This document shows, in pieces, positions 1 to 9,815 of a DNA stretch of 64,000 nt (position 1 is the first letter of the stretch; every line of letters begins with the position of its first letter). The translations under genes were made by a program, and so were the position numbers. Location: NCBI GenBank assembly GCA_049517415.1, contig JBEKSC010000015.1, positions 1-64,000 of the forward strand, in the 5' to 3' direction. Under the pieces are notes generated by a model. It made no database searches, had not been told where the DNA came from, and worked only from the letters and a program-made list of their open reading frames with translations. This stretch comes from Candidatus Bathyarchaeia archaeon. Lineage in GTDB: Archaea > Thermoproteota > Bathyarchaeia > 40CM-2-53-6.

Positions 1-1
1 C

Positions 2-664
2 TTTACAGCCGCGGACCTCCGCAAAGAACGAGACGAAATTAGTGAAAAGGTAAGCAATACTTACGCGCTGGGGGTTGTCCTTGACTCTGGGAGAGAACCG
101 CTTCATGTTGCGTTTGGAAATGTAAGAGAGGTTATGTCAACGCTGCAGGTCGCGTGGAATACAACCCTAACGAAGGATATCCCGAAATTAGCGGATATAG
201 TTATAATGAGTGCTGGAGGAACGCCTGACGACGAATCGCTACTACAAGCCATTGAAACGTTCCCAATCGGCATCGGGGCGCTAAAAAGGAACGGGGCATT
301 GATCATTGCGGCGGAGTGCGGCAAAGGCCACGGCGACACAGAGTTTTATGAGTGGACCCTGGAAAGGAAGCAGCCGCACCATCTGGAGGCTAGGCTTCGC
401 CACAACTTCAACTATGGCGGCTTTAAGGCCGCGTTCCTCTCGAGAGCGCTTGACTCTCATCGGATATACCTAGTCTCAACAATTCCAGATTATTACGTTG
501 AAAATGTATTCGGAATGCGGGCTTCTCGAACCGTCAATGCTGCGTTGCAAACAGCTCAACGTGCCCTGGGAGCAGAATCCACGATCTCCGTTATACCCGA
601 CGCGAGCAGACTCATTTTGAAACAACAACCCCAATTAACCCCAACATCAAGTGAGATCCGTTAA
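2..664 (+). CDS. LarA/lactate racemase-family protein, C-terminal part (5' truncated by window edge)
   Basis: Frame is open from position 2 into the 134..664 ORF. ADIVIMSAGG.P.D..L.QA, G.LII.AEC.KGHG and IYLVS...V...FGM...T.N.AL..A...LG....I.VIP.AS match the LarA C-terminal domain. Confidence 0.7.
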   Translation, partial: FTAADLRKERDEISEKVSNTYALGVVLDSGREPLHVAFGNVREVMSTLQVAWNTTLTKDIPKLADIVIMSAGGTPDDESLLQAIETFPIGIGALKRNGALIIAAECGKGHGDTEFYEWTLERKQPHHLEARLRHNFNYGGFKAAFLSRALDSHRIYLVSTIPDYYVENVFGMRASRTVNAALQTAQRALGAESTISVIPDASRLILKQQPQLTPTSSEIR

Positions 665-1988
665 CGGTTTCCCTCAGACTCGAATAGCGATTTCTGAGCG
701 AGGCCATCCGCAAGGGGTTTATGACCACCTTCGCATTCGTATCGACTCGATTGCCTTGTCTAAGGGAGGATGCTTCGCTGCCTTCCTTCTTCTGAATTCG
801 ATCTTATTGGCCTCTGCTCCACCACAGACCGGTGTGACCATCGAGGTCGGTGCTTGGGGTGATGATGCTTCGAGGAATAATCTCGGGGTTCAAGTAGAAA
901 TTGAAACACATGCTTACGACACTTACTCCAATACACTTGACTACTTTTGGGTTGGGGACAACTTGGCGAATGGCGCATTCATTCAATTTGGGTACTCATT
1001 GGAACCTGGAGTGTATTGCCTTAAGGGCGCCGTTGTCGCCAGCAATTTCAAATGCCTAGGAGCTTCGGAGATAATCCCTGCTTCCGATCCGCGATGGCAA
1101 TGGCAATACTGGCCCAATCGTGGCGGGTCAGACTATTATTATCAGATAGGCCCAACAGGGTCAGTCGGGATCAACGGCACGTGGCATGTGTACACGATAC
1201 GCCCCGACTCCTCAAATTCATGGGACTTTCTGATTGATGGGCACATTGTGGCAAATTCAAATCTCACAGTCAACCCTTCATCGAACCCCGTAATCGTGGT
1301 TGCCGAGAGAACAGAAGCCATTCCTACGCCTATCGGTCTCGGGCCAGTAGGATTCAGGCATATTTCCTACCTGAACTCAACCGGGTGGCAGGAAACTAAT
1401 TCCTTGATATCGCTTAGTTACTGCCAACCGAGTGGCGGTTGCGAAAACCCATTCGGAGTCAGTGCGACGGATGATGCAAACGCGCTCATCGCGGGTTCAG
1501 GTGTAACAAGATCTTACGAAGGCGCGCTCTTGTGGACGAGCGGCTACGTGAACCTTGGCGTTGATGTCCACGCAAGTACTCCATTTCTAGTAACTTCACC
1601 TCTCGGAACACAAAGATTTACAGGAAACGCATCGATCGATATTCCGAAAGGCATGTTCGCCTACGTATCATTACCTGACAGCGTAACTAGCACTTCTGGG
1701 ATGCTAGGGCTGATTGGCGCGAAGGATCAGTTTCGAGGATGGACTGGCGCGGCCAACTCAAGAAACCTAACTGTACAGATACTAATGACTTCGGACAGGA
1801 AATTAGAAGCGGAATGGAATACAGACCTGAGCGCGACCATAGCTCTCATGATTGTAGTAGCTGTTATTGTCCTGGCGCTCACGATTGGATTGGTCAAGAA
1901 GCAAAACAAAACTATGAAGCTCCAAGAAAGTGAGCCTAGGTCGATTGCCACGACCGAAGCCATTCCTACATTACTTTCTTGTCGATGA
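651..1988 (+). CDS. Secreted, C-terminally anchored beta-rich protein with a possible glutamic peptidase (G1-like) N-terminal domain
   Basis: Signal-like hydrophobic stretch after a probable TTG start at 756, FWVG...FIQFG and VVAE motifs, and a C-terminal TM helix followed by KKQNK. Confidence 0.6.
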   Translation: MRSVNGFPQTRIAISERGHPQGVYDHLRIRIDSIALSKGGCFAAFLLLNSILLASAPPQTGVTIEVGAWGDDASRNNLGVQVEIETHAYDTYSNTLDYFWVGDNLANGAFIQFGYSLEPGVYCLKGAVVASNFKCLGASEIIPASDPRWQWQYWPNRGGSDYYYQIGPTGSVGINGTWHVYTIRPDSSNSWDFLIDGHIVANSNLTVNPSSNPVIVVAERTEAIPTPIGLGPVGFRHISYLNSTGWQETNSLISLSYCQPSGGCENPFGVSATDDANALIAGSGVTRSYEGALLWTSGYVNLGVDVHASTPFLVTSPLGTQRFTGNASIDIPKGMFAYVSLPDSVTSTSGMLGLIGAKDQFRGWTGAANSRNLTVQILMTSDRKLEAEWNTDLSATIALMIVVAVIVLALTIGLVKKQNKTMKLQESEPRSIATTEAIPTLLSCR

Positions 1989-2319
1989 AACCTCTCGCCC
2001 TAGCACTTCGTTCCGCATAGCTGAACGCAACAATTCCAACTGCCAAGAGAATTATTCCGCCCAACGCAAGGGAAGCCATCGAAGTCACATACAGCGTCCA
2101 AGAGTCGGAGATGAGCGCAGCTCTGGATGCTCTCATCAAGTAAGTAAATGGAAGCCCCTCAGCGATGAGCGAAAGCGGGTATGGTAGAATGCTCGCGGGG
2201 AACAATGCCTCTGAGAAAATCATAAGCACCCCGGAGACATAAGACGGAAACGCCCATTCAAATCGACCTACAAAGATCGAATATGAGCCGAGAAGGTTGG
2301 TCGATTGATCATCTAAAAT
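1966..2319 (-). pseudogene. 3' fragment of an ABC-2 type permease
   Basis: IFSEALFPASILPYPL..IAEGLPFTYLMRA.R is the typical ABC-2 C-terminal region. The frame extends upstream only to a TAG at 2344-2346, so the N-terminal part is missing. Confidence 0.6.
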
Positions 2320-2323
2320 TAGC

Positions 2324-2893
2324 TCACCTAGGATTCTTGATTCCTAGGAGAGCCTCCTCGGCTATACGCTCCCGCTCTTCTACGATTTGATCATAGTAAA
2401 TGGTGACTAATCCAAGTGGTAGGAGACCGAAGGCATAGATGGTGAGCGTTCTCAATATATAGAAAGGAGACCAAACGGAAGTTAGATAGAATGTGTATGA
2501 ACTATTGTAGCTAGTGATCGTGAGAAGGTACGGCCCAGATCTATCTGCTTTTGTAAAAACGGCGAGGCCTTTTTCGTCCGGGCTGAAAATGACGGTGACC
2601 AGCGCGGGCGCAACTATGCTTTGCCGCGCCTGATCGTAGTATGCCAGAACAACTGTCGTTGTTCCTTCTCGGTCACTGAGCACAGTCAAACTGATAGGTT
2701 GACCTGCATCGATGGGTGGGATAAAGTATGAATTGATCCAATAGGGCCGCGAAGCCGTGAACTCTATTCCAGGTCCGGTTCCCTCAAGCCTCTGGGGCGA
2801 CTTGTAGTAAGGCATTATCGTTCCTACAAAGAGAAAAATCAAACTCAGGGTGAAGAGAACAATTCCCGCAGCTTTCCACTTTCGAACGCGCAA
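2324..2893 (-). CDS. Hypothetical membrane protein (N- and C-terminal TM helices, beta-rich loop)
   Basis: 189-aa ORF with two hydrophobic helices, 9 bp downstream of oppF. Confidence 0.7.
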   Translation of the reverse strand: MRVRKWKAAGIVLFTLSLIFLFVGTIMPYYKSPQRLEGTGPGIEFTASRPYWINSYFIPPIDAGQPISLTVLSDREGTTTVVLAYYDQARQSIVAPALVTVIFSPDEKGLAVFTKADRSGPYLLTITSYNSSYTFYLTSVWSPFYILRTLTIYAFGLLPLGLVTIYYDQIVEERERIAEEALLGIKNPR

Positions 2894-2902
2894 CCGTGTA
2901 AC

Positions 2903-3946
2903 CTAAACGAACTTGTCGGCGTGATGACGAGCCACGAAATGGCCATCAATTAACTTATCTTCGAATCTTGGAGCGATCTGCCTGCAAATATCAGTGGCAT
3001 ACGGACAACGTGGGTGAAATCTGCATGCTTGCGGCGGGTTGATCGGGCTTGGGACCTCGCCGGGAAGAATGATTCTGGTTGCTTTGTGGTCCACGTCGGG
3101 GACTGGAACAGCCGAGATTAATGCCTGAGTGTAAGGGTGCAATGGTTTGTCAAAGATTTGGTCTGCCCGCGCTAGCTCAACGATTTCTCCCAGGTACATT
3201 ACAGCAACGCGTTGACTGATCTGCCGAACGGAGCTGAGATCGTGCGAGATGTAAAGATAAGATAGGTGCTCGTCTCTCTGTAGATCTATGAGCAAGTTTA
3301 GGATTTGGGCTCTAATCGATACATCCAAGGATGAGACGGGTTCATCGAGGATTACGAACTTCGGATCAACCGCCAGAGCACGCGCGATCGCGATTCTCTG
3401 TCTCTGCCCTCCACTAAATTCGTGAGGATAACGCTCCGCGTGGTACTCCTCTAGATTCACCATTCTAAGTAGTTCGTAGACGCGGTCAGTCCATTGGCTC
3501 TTCGGTATATTCCTATGAATAGCGAACGCTTCGCTGACAATGTCGTACACAGTCATACGTGGGTCGAGGGAGTTGTAAGGATTTTGAAAAACCATCTGCA
3601 TTCTGCGCCTGAGAACTTTCCGATCAGATTGATGGCCGTTCTCGAAGGTTTCGACAACGTCCATACCTTCGAACAATATGGACCCTGAAGTTGGTTTCTC
3701 AAGGTACAAAATTACTTTACCAGTGGTAGTCTTCCCGCAGCCACTCTCCCCAACGAGCCCGAGCGTTTCACCTCCTGAGATGCGAAAAGATACATTGTCG
3801 ATAGCGTGCACGTCGCCGACTTTCTTCTTTTGGAAAATTCCACGCTCAACAACATCAAAATACTTCACTAGGGAATTTACTTCGAGAATTGAGTGCCCTG
3901 GATCCTTTGTCGTCTGCATCTCAGCCATCTCAGCCTCTGCCTTCAA
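2903..3946 (-). CDS. oppF: Oligopeptide/dipeptide ABC transporter ATP-binding subunit (OppF/AppF)
   Basis: Walker A GESGCGKTT, YPHEFSGGQRQRI, DEPVSSLD, HPYT and C-terminal CRFHPRC. Start may be the ATG at 3928. Confidence 0.95.
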   Translation of the reverse strand: MKAEAEMAEMQTTKDPGHSILEVNSLVKYFDVVERGIFQKKKVGDVHAIDNVSFRISGGETLGLVGESGCGKTTTGKVILYLEKPTSGSILFEGMDVVETFENGHQSDRKVLRRRMQMVFQNPYNSLDPRMTVYDIVSEAFAIHRNIPKSQWTDRVYELLRMVNLEEYHAERYPHEFSGGQRQRIAIARALAVDPKFVILDEPVSSLDVSIRAQILNLLIDLQRDEHLSYLYISHDLSSVRQISQRVAVMYLGEIVELARADQIFDKPLHPYTQALISAVPVPDVDHKATRIILPGEVPSPINPPQACRFHPRCPYATDICRQIAPRFEDKLIDGHFVARHHADKFV

Positions 3947-4916
3947 GTTTCAATTCCCGCCAAAGGTGGCAAGCCACAAAATGTCCTTCCTCCACTTTTT
4001 CCAGAGGAGGCTCCTGCCTCATGCAAATGTCTTTCGCGTACTTGCAGCGAGGATGAAATACGCATCCGGAAGGGGGTTCGATGAGATTCGGTATATTCCC
4101 AGGGATAACTTCGAGGGTACGCGTCTGTTTGACGCTTGGCACAGCTTTGAGCAGCGCTTCTGTATAGGGATGCTTCGGAGAATGGAACAACGTCGACGTA
4201 TCCGCAACTTCCATCACTTTGCCTGCGTAAAGAACCGTGACACGTTCGGTCATGTCTGCGATTATACCCATGTCGTGGGTAATCATCACCATCGTCATGT
4301 TCAATTCCTTCTGTAACTGCTTCAATAATTCCAAGACCTGAGCCTGGATGGTGACATCGAGGTTGGTGGTTGGCTCATCGGCGAACAGCAGCATCGGCTC
4401 GCAAGACAGAGCCCGGGCGATGGCAATGCGCTGCTTCATTCCGCCACTCAGTTCGTGAGGATAGGCTTTCAACCTCTTTTCAGGCTCTTGTATGCCCACG
4501 TGCTCTAGAAGAGAGAGAGCTTTCTTCGACGCAGCCTCCTTCGTCAAATCTCGGTGAAGCATTAAGATGTCAGTTAATTGTCTTTCAACTGTGAGCACTG
4601 GATTAAGGGACGTCGTGGGGTCCTGGAATACGATCGCCATCTTCGGTCCTCGAAGTTTGCGCATTTCGTCATCCGATTTCGAGAGTAATTCTTCGCCCTC
4701 GAACCTTATGGACCCATCAACTATGCGCCCCGGCCGCGGTACGATGCGGAGCACGGATTGCGCGGTAACAGACTTGCCTGAACCAGATTCTCCTACTAGG
4801 CCAACTGCTTGTCCCTTGTTGACTTCGAGCGACATTCCATCTAAAGCCTTGACTACGCCAGCTTCGGTGAAAAAGTAGGTCCTGAGATTTGAGATTTCTA
4901 GGAGTTTTTCTGGCAA
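3930..4916 (-). CDS. oppD: Oligopeptide/dipeptide ABC transporter ATP-binding subunit (OppD/DppD)
   Basis: GESGSGKS, YPHELSGGMKQRI, DEPTT, HPYT, CVFHPRC...VACH. TTG start at 4916 chosen to avoid a long overlap with oppC (ORF track starts at 4973). Confidence 0.95.
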   Translation of the reverse strand: MPEKLLEISNLRTYFFTEAGVVKALDGMSLEVNKGQAVGLVGESGSGKSVTAQSVLRIVPRPGRIVDGSIRFEGEELLSKSDDEMRKLRGPKMAIVFQDPTTSLNPVLTVERQLTDILMLHRDLTKEAASKKALSLLEHVGIQEPEKRLKAYPHELSGGMKQRIAIARALSCEPMLLFADEPTTNLDVTIQAQVLELLKQLQKELNMTMVMITHDMGIIADMTERVTVLYAGKVMEVADTSTLFHSPKHPYTEALLKAVPSVKQTRTLEVIPGNIPNLIEPPSGCVFHPRCKYAKDICMRQEPPLEKVEEGHFVACHLWRELKLEGRG

Positions 4917-4929
4917 TCGATGAGCCCAC

Positions 4930-5820
4930 TCATTCACGAAGTCGTGGGTTGAGAGCGTCTGATAATCCGTCACCCATTAGATTGAAACCTAAGACGCAAA
5001 AGACTACGGCCAAGCCTGGGAATAGTGAAACCCACCAGGCGGTCCGAACGTAGGGGAACCCTTCGTTCAGCAGAAGCCCCCAAGTGGAAGTATTCGGATC
5101 ACCGAATCCGAGGAAGCTCACGACGACCTCGGTCAATATGAAGCCTGCTATGTTGAGCGTTGCGATGACGATGACGGGTGACAGAATGTTCGGGACAATG
5201 TGGCGAAAGAGTAGCCTATATGATCCTGCTCCCAACGATCGTGCAGCTTGAACGAACTCCATTTCCTTCAACTTGAAAGTCTCTCCTCTGACAATGAATG
5301 CGATACCCGACCAGCCGAAGAACGCGAGTATGAGAACAATGAGTGTAAGCCCCAGGCCCTTGAAGACTAAGACTGAGAACACTCTTGCGAATAGAAGAAT
5401 GAGAAGTAGGACTGGAATCACAAAGAACACTTGAGTGATTCCGAGCAATACGTCCGACACAATACCTTTGAAGTATCCGGCCAACGCTCCTACCGCAACA
5501 CCAATCAGCGTTGTAATGAGAGTTGCCGTAAGCCCGACGTATAGGTCATTCCGCGTGGAGTCAACGGTTTCACTGAACACGTCTATTCCTGAGTCCTCGA
5601 CTCCGAATGGATGGTTAAATGATGGTGGAGTCCCAGCGTCTCCCTCGTACAAAGAGAGATAGCTTCGAGGAGGGTACGCAACCACATATGGGCCTACCAA
5701 CGCGACGACAACGAAGAAGATTACAATTGCACTACCGATTAGGCCTGATTTGTTTCGTATAAATCGACGCCAAGCGACTGCCCATTGACTCGCCCCTCGT
5801 TTACGACTACCCTGAGACAA
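4930..5820 (-). CDS. oppC: Oligopeptide ABC transporter permease (OppC)
   Basis: WRRF.RNK, HPFG, EFVQAARSLGA (EAA loop), GFNLMGDGLSDALNPR. Confidence 0.95.
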   Translation of the reverse strand: MSQGSRKRGASQWAVAWRRFIRNKSGLIGSAIVIFFVVVALVGPYVVAYPPRSYLSLYEGDAGTPPSFNHPFGVEDSGIDVFSETVDSTRNDLYVGLTATLITTLIGVAVGALAGYFKGIVSDVLLGITQVFFVIPVLLLILLFARVFSVLVFKGLGLTLIVLILAFFGWSGIAFIVRGETFKLKEMEFVQAARSLGAGSYRLLFRHIVPNILSPVIVIATLNIAGFILTEVVVSFLGFGDPNTSTWGLLLNEGFPYVRTAWWVSLFPGLAVVFCVLGFNLMGDGLSDALNPRLRE

Positions 5821-5830
5821 TCAGCCACAC

Positions 5831-6799
5831 TCACTGTACCGTAACACGCGGGTCGATCATGGCGTACACGAGATCGGTCATCAGATTTGCTATCATCACC
5901 ATCACCGTTATGACGATCGTTATCCCCTCTACAAGCGGTATGTCTAAAGTGGAGGCGGCTTGTGCGAACGCGTAACCAAGCCCCGGCCATGAGAAAGTTG
6001 TCTCCAAAGCAGGCGCACCCGCCATCGCCGCGCCGAATCCGAGTCCAATGATTGTGATTATCGGGCTAATTGCATTTCTCAGCGCGTATCGGTAAGTAAC
6101 AGTTCGTTCACTTAGTCCGCTCGCGCGGGCCGCTAAGATGTAATCTTGCCGCATAACCTCGAGCATATTGGCTCTAACGAGCCGAACTATTGTCGCCAAC
6201 TCAACATAAGTTAGTACGGCGGTGGGGAGAATCAGATGGGCTATCGGGTCAAGAATACTGTTGCCCCACCATGGGTAACTCACGCTAACTGCTCCACTGC
6301 TCGGCAGCCAACCGAGATCCAATGAGAAAATTACGATTAGCATAATTCCCAGCCAGAAAGTCGGCATAGAATACCCGAAAATTGCGGTGCTCGTTATGGC
6401 ATAATCGGCCTTGGAATATTGATGCTTTGAAGAGAACACGCCCACTGGCACTCCTATGGCGACCGACAAGATCATTGCTAGAATCTGCAGTTCTAAGGTG
6501 GTTATTGTCCAGGGCCCAATCTGGGAAAGAACAGGTCTTCCCGATATCGACACGCCCAGGTTCCCGTGTACGAGATCCCACAACCAATACAGGAAACGTT
6601 CCCAAACCGGTTGATCTAGGTGATAGTAATCCGTTAGCGCCTTCAGAACCGCAGGGTTGGGGTTCCTGAGACCAGCGCGGATTAGATTTATCGGGTTTCC
6701 TGCCGCGTTTCCCACAGCAAAAGTCAGAATGGCAACTCCGAGGAAGACGGGGATCATGAATAGCAAGCGGCGAATAATGTAACGGATTAGGCTTGCCAT
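5831..6799 (-). CDS. oppB: Oligopeptide ABC transporter permease (OppB)
   Basis: YIIRRLL, GNLGVS, QDYILAARASGL, DLVYAMIDPRV. Confidence 0.95.
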   Translation of the reverse strand: MASLIRYIIRRLLFMIPVFLGVAILTFAVGNAAGNPINLIRAGLRNPNPAVLKALTDYYHLDQPVWERFLYWLWDLVHGNLGVSISGRPVLSQIGPWTITTLELQILAMILSVAIGVPVGVFSSKHQYSKADYAITSTAIFGYSMPTFWLGIMLIVIFSLDLGWLPSSGAVSVSYPWWGNSILDPIAHLILPTAVLTYVELATIVRLVRANMLEVMRQDYILAARASGLSERTVTYRYALRNAISPIITIIGLGFGAAMAGAPALETTFSWPGLGYAFAQAASTLDIPLVEGITIVITVMVMIANLMTDLVYAMIDPRVTVQ

Positions 6800-6927
6800 G
6801 TCCTACCCTTACATCCGCAATGCGCGGACGTCAAGAAATTAATGTTTGCGTTGCGGTGGCCTCGTAGTCGGTTTCATACTTTTTGTGGGAAAGCCTAAAT
6901 ACGGTTCTTAGCTTCAACTGACATGAA

Positions 6928-9348
6928 ATGAAATTGTCTAACAAATCTCTGAAATTCATTATTCAAGGCATATCCTTGGCACTTCTTATCTACGTTACTG
7001 CATCAACCGCGATTCCAGTTCTCTTCACCAACGTGTACGCGCAGACGCCGAGCCTATTTTCAGTTACTTTGATCGCTCCGACTGGTGGAAACACCGTGCG
7101 AAGACAGTACGCGAGTATCATAACCAGCAACATGATAGCTCTAGGCATCGACGCGAAGCTGTTCTACGTGACCTTCGACCAGCTCTCGAATCGACTCTTC
7201 GCCGCCACAGCCCCCCCAGGTTCATCATTTAGCCAGGGTGGATATGATATCGGATTTATCGGGTGGGGTTATACGAGCTACGTACCCGATTTTCGCGGAA
7301 ACTTTGACGGGAGACCCTCATATGTTCCACCTGCTGGAAACAATTACGCATACTACAACAGTCCCACGTTGAACGGAATCTTCGACAAGCTTTACACCTC
7401 GACAGACACCGCGACACAGATTCAATTGACGCACCAGTTTCAGGACCAAGTCTTCAATGACGCTCCATACAACTACATATTCGAGCCAGTTAGCATCGTT
7501 CCAAGAGCGTCAAGGTTTACCCAGTGGGGTAACTCTACCCTCTACAGCGACGTCACCTTCCCCGGAGGAGACCTTCAACATTGGGGAGGCGGTAACACCT
7601 TCACCTTGGCAGAAGCAGCCAACATCTTCCCCGGCAACAACCTAAACCCCGCCCAAACAACCTCGTCGAATACCCAATATGCGTTTTACGTATTTGCCAA
7701 CATCATTGGTGCAGCTCTACAGGAGCCTGATCCCCGTTGCAGTTGCTACGTACCTGGCACCGCTCAGAACTTCACCTCAAGCCCGGACGGAACCACTTGG
7801 ACCGTCAACATAAAGCCGGGTGTAATGTTCCAAGATGGGGTTGAGGTTACAGCCGACGACTTCGTCTTCACCCAGTACGCGCTAACGAACCCAGGCACTG
7901 CTAGTACAGGCTTGGGTAGCAACATTTCATATTTGGGCAGCAAAGTCACTTTCACCTTCCTGAACGGAACTTCACGAGTCGACGATAACACCGGCCCGGG
8001 AGTTCCGGAAGCGGATGGCTGGTGGAAGGCTACTAGCCGATACCAGTTCCAGTTCCACATGCCGGCAGTCTATGCTTTCACAAGTGAAACATACACGGCC
8101 TTTTCTCCGTTCCCGATGCACATTATGGAGAAGTTTCCGTTCTCGACATGGGATAGTGCTCCGTTCAGTACCGCCAGCGGACCTTACACATACACTTGGG
8201 ACACGAAGCAGTACGGAGGCTCGGGCAGCTATACCGCTACTGGTCCAGTGGGCGCCGGTCCGTACGAATTGCAGAACTATGACTTCACCAATAACATCGC
8301 AACCTTAACAAAGTTTCCGAGATACTGGAACGCTTCCGGATTGGAGTCAATAGGACAGTTTTCAATTAACACCTACAAGGTTCAGTGGATTAGCAGCAAA
8401 GACGCTGCAATCGCAGCGTTGAAGAACGGCCAGGTAGACATGCTCGATTCCCAGTACGGTCTTGCTAAGGACAAGCCAACACTCCAATCGATACCAAATG
8501 TCAATGTCATCGCCGCCCCTGAGTTGGGTTGGCAGGAGATGGGATTTAACATGAACAATCCAGTTTTCGGCACAGGAACCGCAACCCCCGCGGGACAGAG
8601 CGATCCAACTAAAGCAGCCCAAGCCGCGCGCGATATCCGTAAGGCAATCAGTCACATGATTCCACGTGACTTGATCATAAGCTCACTCCTCAGCGGTGCC
8701 GGATATCCACTCGCCAGCTTCCTAGGCCCAGGATGGGGCGTTTGGTACGACCCAACCGTCACACCTGACAACTACGACCTGAACGCGGCAGCGTCACTCC
8801 TGCAGCAAGCCGGCTACACTGTGAGCGTTACACCGCCCGCACTAATCGCCTACGCTGGAAGACCAATGCTTGGCAGCGGCTCGGTTACCATATCCGGAAC
8901 AGGTCCCGTCGCTGATATGCTCGTGATGGTTCAGCAGAGCACTGACGGAGGTAACACGTGGACTGATTTCGCTCCACTACTAACCGACAACTCAAGCATG
9001 TACCAAACCACGGCACCAGCACCACCCGCCTTCGGCACCGTATGGTACAGGGCGAACTTCACAGGCATAGTCCCAACACCAGCCATAGCGGCCTCAATCC
9101 AGAATAGAACAACCACACTCAATGAAATGGAATTCCAACAATTAACCTCAAACAGCACCAATTGGCTTAACGGTAGAGTCCTATGGGCTCCACCCCCAGG
9201 CCAGTCACAAACTACGGACCCAATCGCCGTCTCGTCCGCGTCTACCGATGCAATGGTTGTAGGGATACCGATCGTCTTAATCATTGCAATTGTAGGCGTT
9301 GCTGTTTGGATGCGAAGCCGCAAGAAGAAATCAAGCACTGCAAAGTAG
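6928..9348 (+). CDS. oppA: Family-5 ABC substrate-binding protein (OppA-like), circularly permuted, with Ig-like domain and C-terminal membrane anchor
   Basis: SPDGTTWTVNIKPGVMFQDGVEVTADDFVFT, PVGAGPY, ALKNGQVD, RKAISH.IPR and YDLNAAASLLQQAG. Divergent from oppBCDF; C-terminal TM plus RSRKKK. Confidence 0.9.
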   Translation: MKLSNKSLKFIIQGISLALLIYVTASTAIPVLFTNVYAQTPSLFSVTLIAPTGGNTVRRQYASIITSNMIALGIDAKLFYVTFDQLSNRLFAATAPPGSSFSQGGYDIGFIGWGYTSYVPDFRGNFDGRPSYVPPAGNNYAYYNSPTLNGIFDKLYTSTDTATQIQLTHQFQDQVFNDAPYNYIFEPVSIVPRASRFTQWGNSTLYSDVTFPGGDLQHWGGGNTFTLAEAANIFPGNNLNPAQTTSSNTQYAFYVFANIIGAALQEPDPRCSCYVPGTAQNFTSSPDGTTWTVNIKPGVMFQDGVEVTADDFVFTQYALTNPGTASTGLGSNISYLGSKVTFTFLNGTSRVDDNTGPGVPEADGWWKATSRYQFQFHMPAVYAFTSETYTAFSPFPMHIMEKFPFSTWDSAPFSTASGPYTYTWDTKQYGGSGSYTATGPVGAGPYELQNYDFTNNIATLTKFPRYWNASGLESIGQFSINTYKVQWISSKDAAIAALKNGQVDMLDSQYGLAKDKPTLQSIPNVNVIAAPELGWQEMGFNMNNPVFGTGTATPAGQSDPTKAAQAARDIRKAISHMIPRDLIISSLLSGAGYPLASFLGPGWGVWYDPTVTPDNYDLNAAASLLQQAGYTVSVTPPALIAYAGRPMLGSGSVTISGTGPVADMLVMVQQSTDGGNTWTDFAPLLTDNSSMYQTTAPAPPAFGTVWYRANFTGIVPTPAIAASIQNRTTTLNEMEFQQLTSNSTNWLNGRVLWAPPPGQSQTTDPIAVSSASTDAMVVGIPIVLIIAIVGVAVWMRSRKKKSSTAK

Positions 9349-9363
9349 CGAAAGAATATGCGC

Positions 9364-9395
9364 GAGGAGGAACGCTTTAGCGTTCCCCTCTTTTT
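9364..9395 (+). terminator. Hairpin plus T-tract terminator downstream of oppA
   Basis: GAGG(A)GGAACGCT-TT-AGCGTTCC-CCTC inverted repeat followed by TTTTT, 15 bp after the stop and between convergent genes. Confidence 0.65.
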
Positions 9396-9411
9396 CTGTA
9401 TCTTCCCTGCG

Positions 9412-9759
9412 CTAGGACTGCTCATAGAGTGCGAAGACTATCATCATCAAGAATAATATTAGACCACCGAGGAAGTACAATAGTGCCGTCCTCTCAGCTT
9501 CTTTATGTTTTGACGACGAATAACCCTCTTTGGAACCTAGGATTGTCTTCCTAAATTGAGCCGCTCCGATTGAGGTTCCTACGTCTAACAGACCTGCAAG
9601 CACGAATAAAATCGCGACCTCAATAAGCATCAGGTCTCCCATGATTTCGATGAAGCGGAAGCTTAGAAATGTCAGACCGTAGGCTGCAAGGCCATCGGCA
9701 ACGAGTAAAATCAAAGCAAGTCGAACGGATCTACCTAAAACGGTAGGTAACGTTAACAT
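9412..9759 (-). CDS. Hypothetical membrane protein (about 3 TM)
   Basis: Hydrophobic ORF. The ATG at 9759 avoids overlap with the divergent 9816 gene (ORF track starts at 9876). Confidence 0.6.
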   Translation of the reverse strand: MLTLPTVLGRSVRLALILLVADGLAAYGLTFLSFRFIEIMGDLMLIEVAILFVLAGLLDVGTSIGAAQFRKTILGSKEGYSSSKHKEAERTALLYFLGGLILFLMMIVFALYEQS

Positions 9760-9815
9760 AGCAGGAATCCCAAAACCGAATAATGTGCGCCAGGAATTAA
9801 GTTCGTGCTGAAGAG

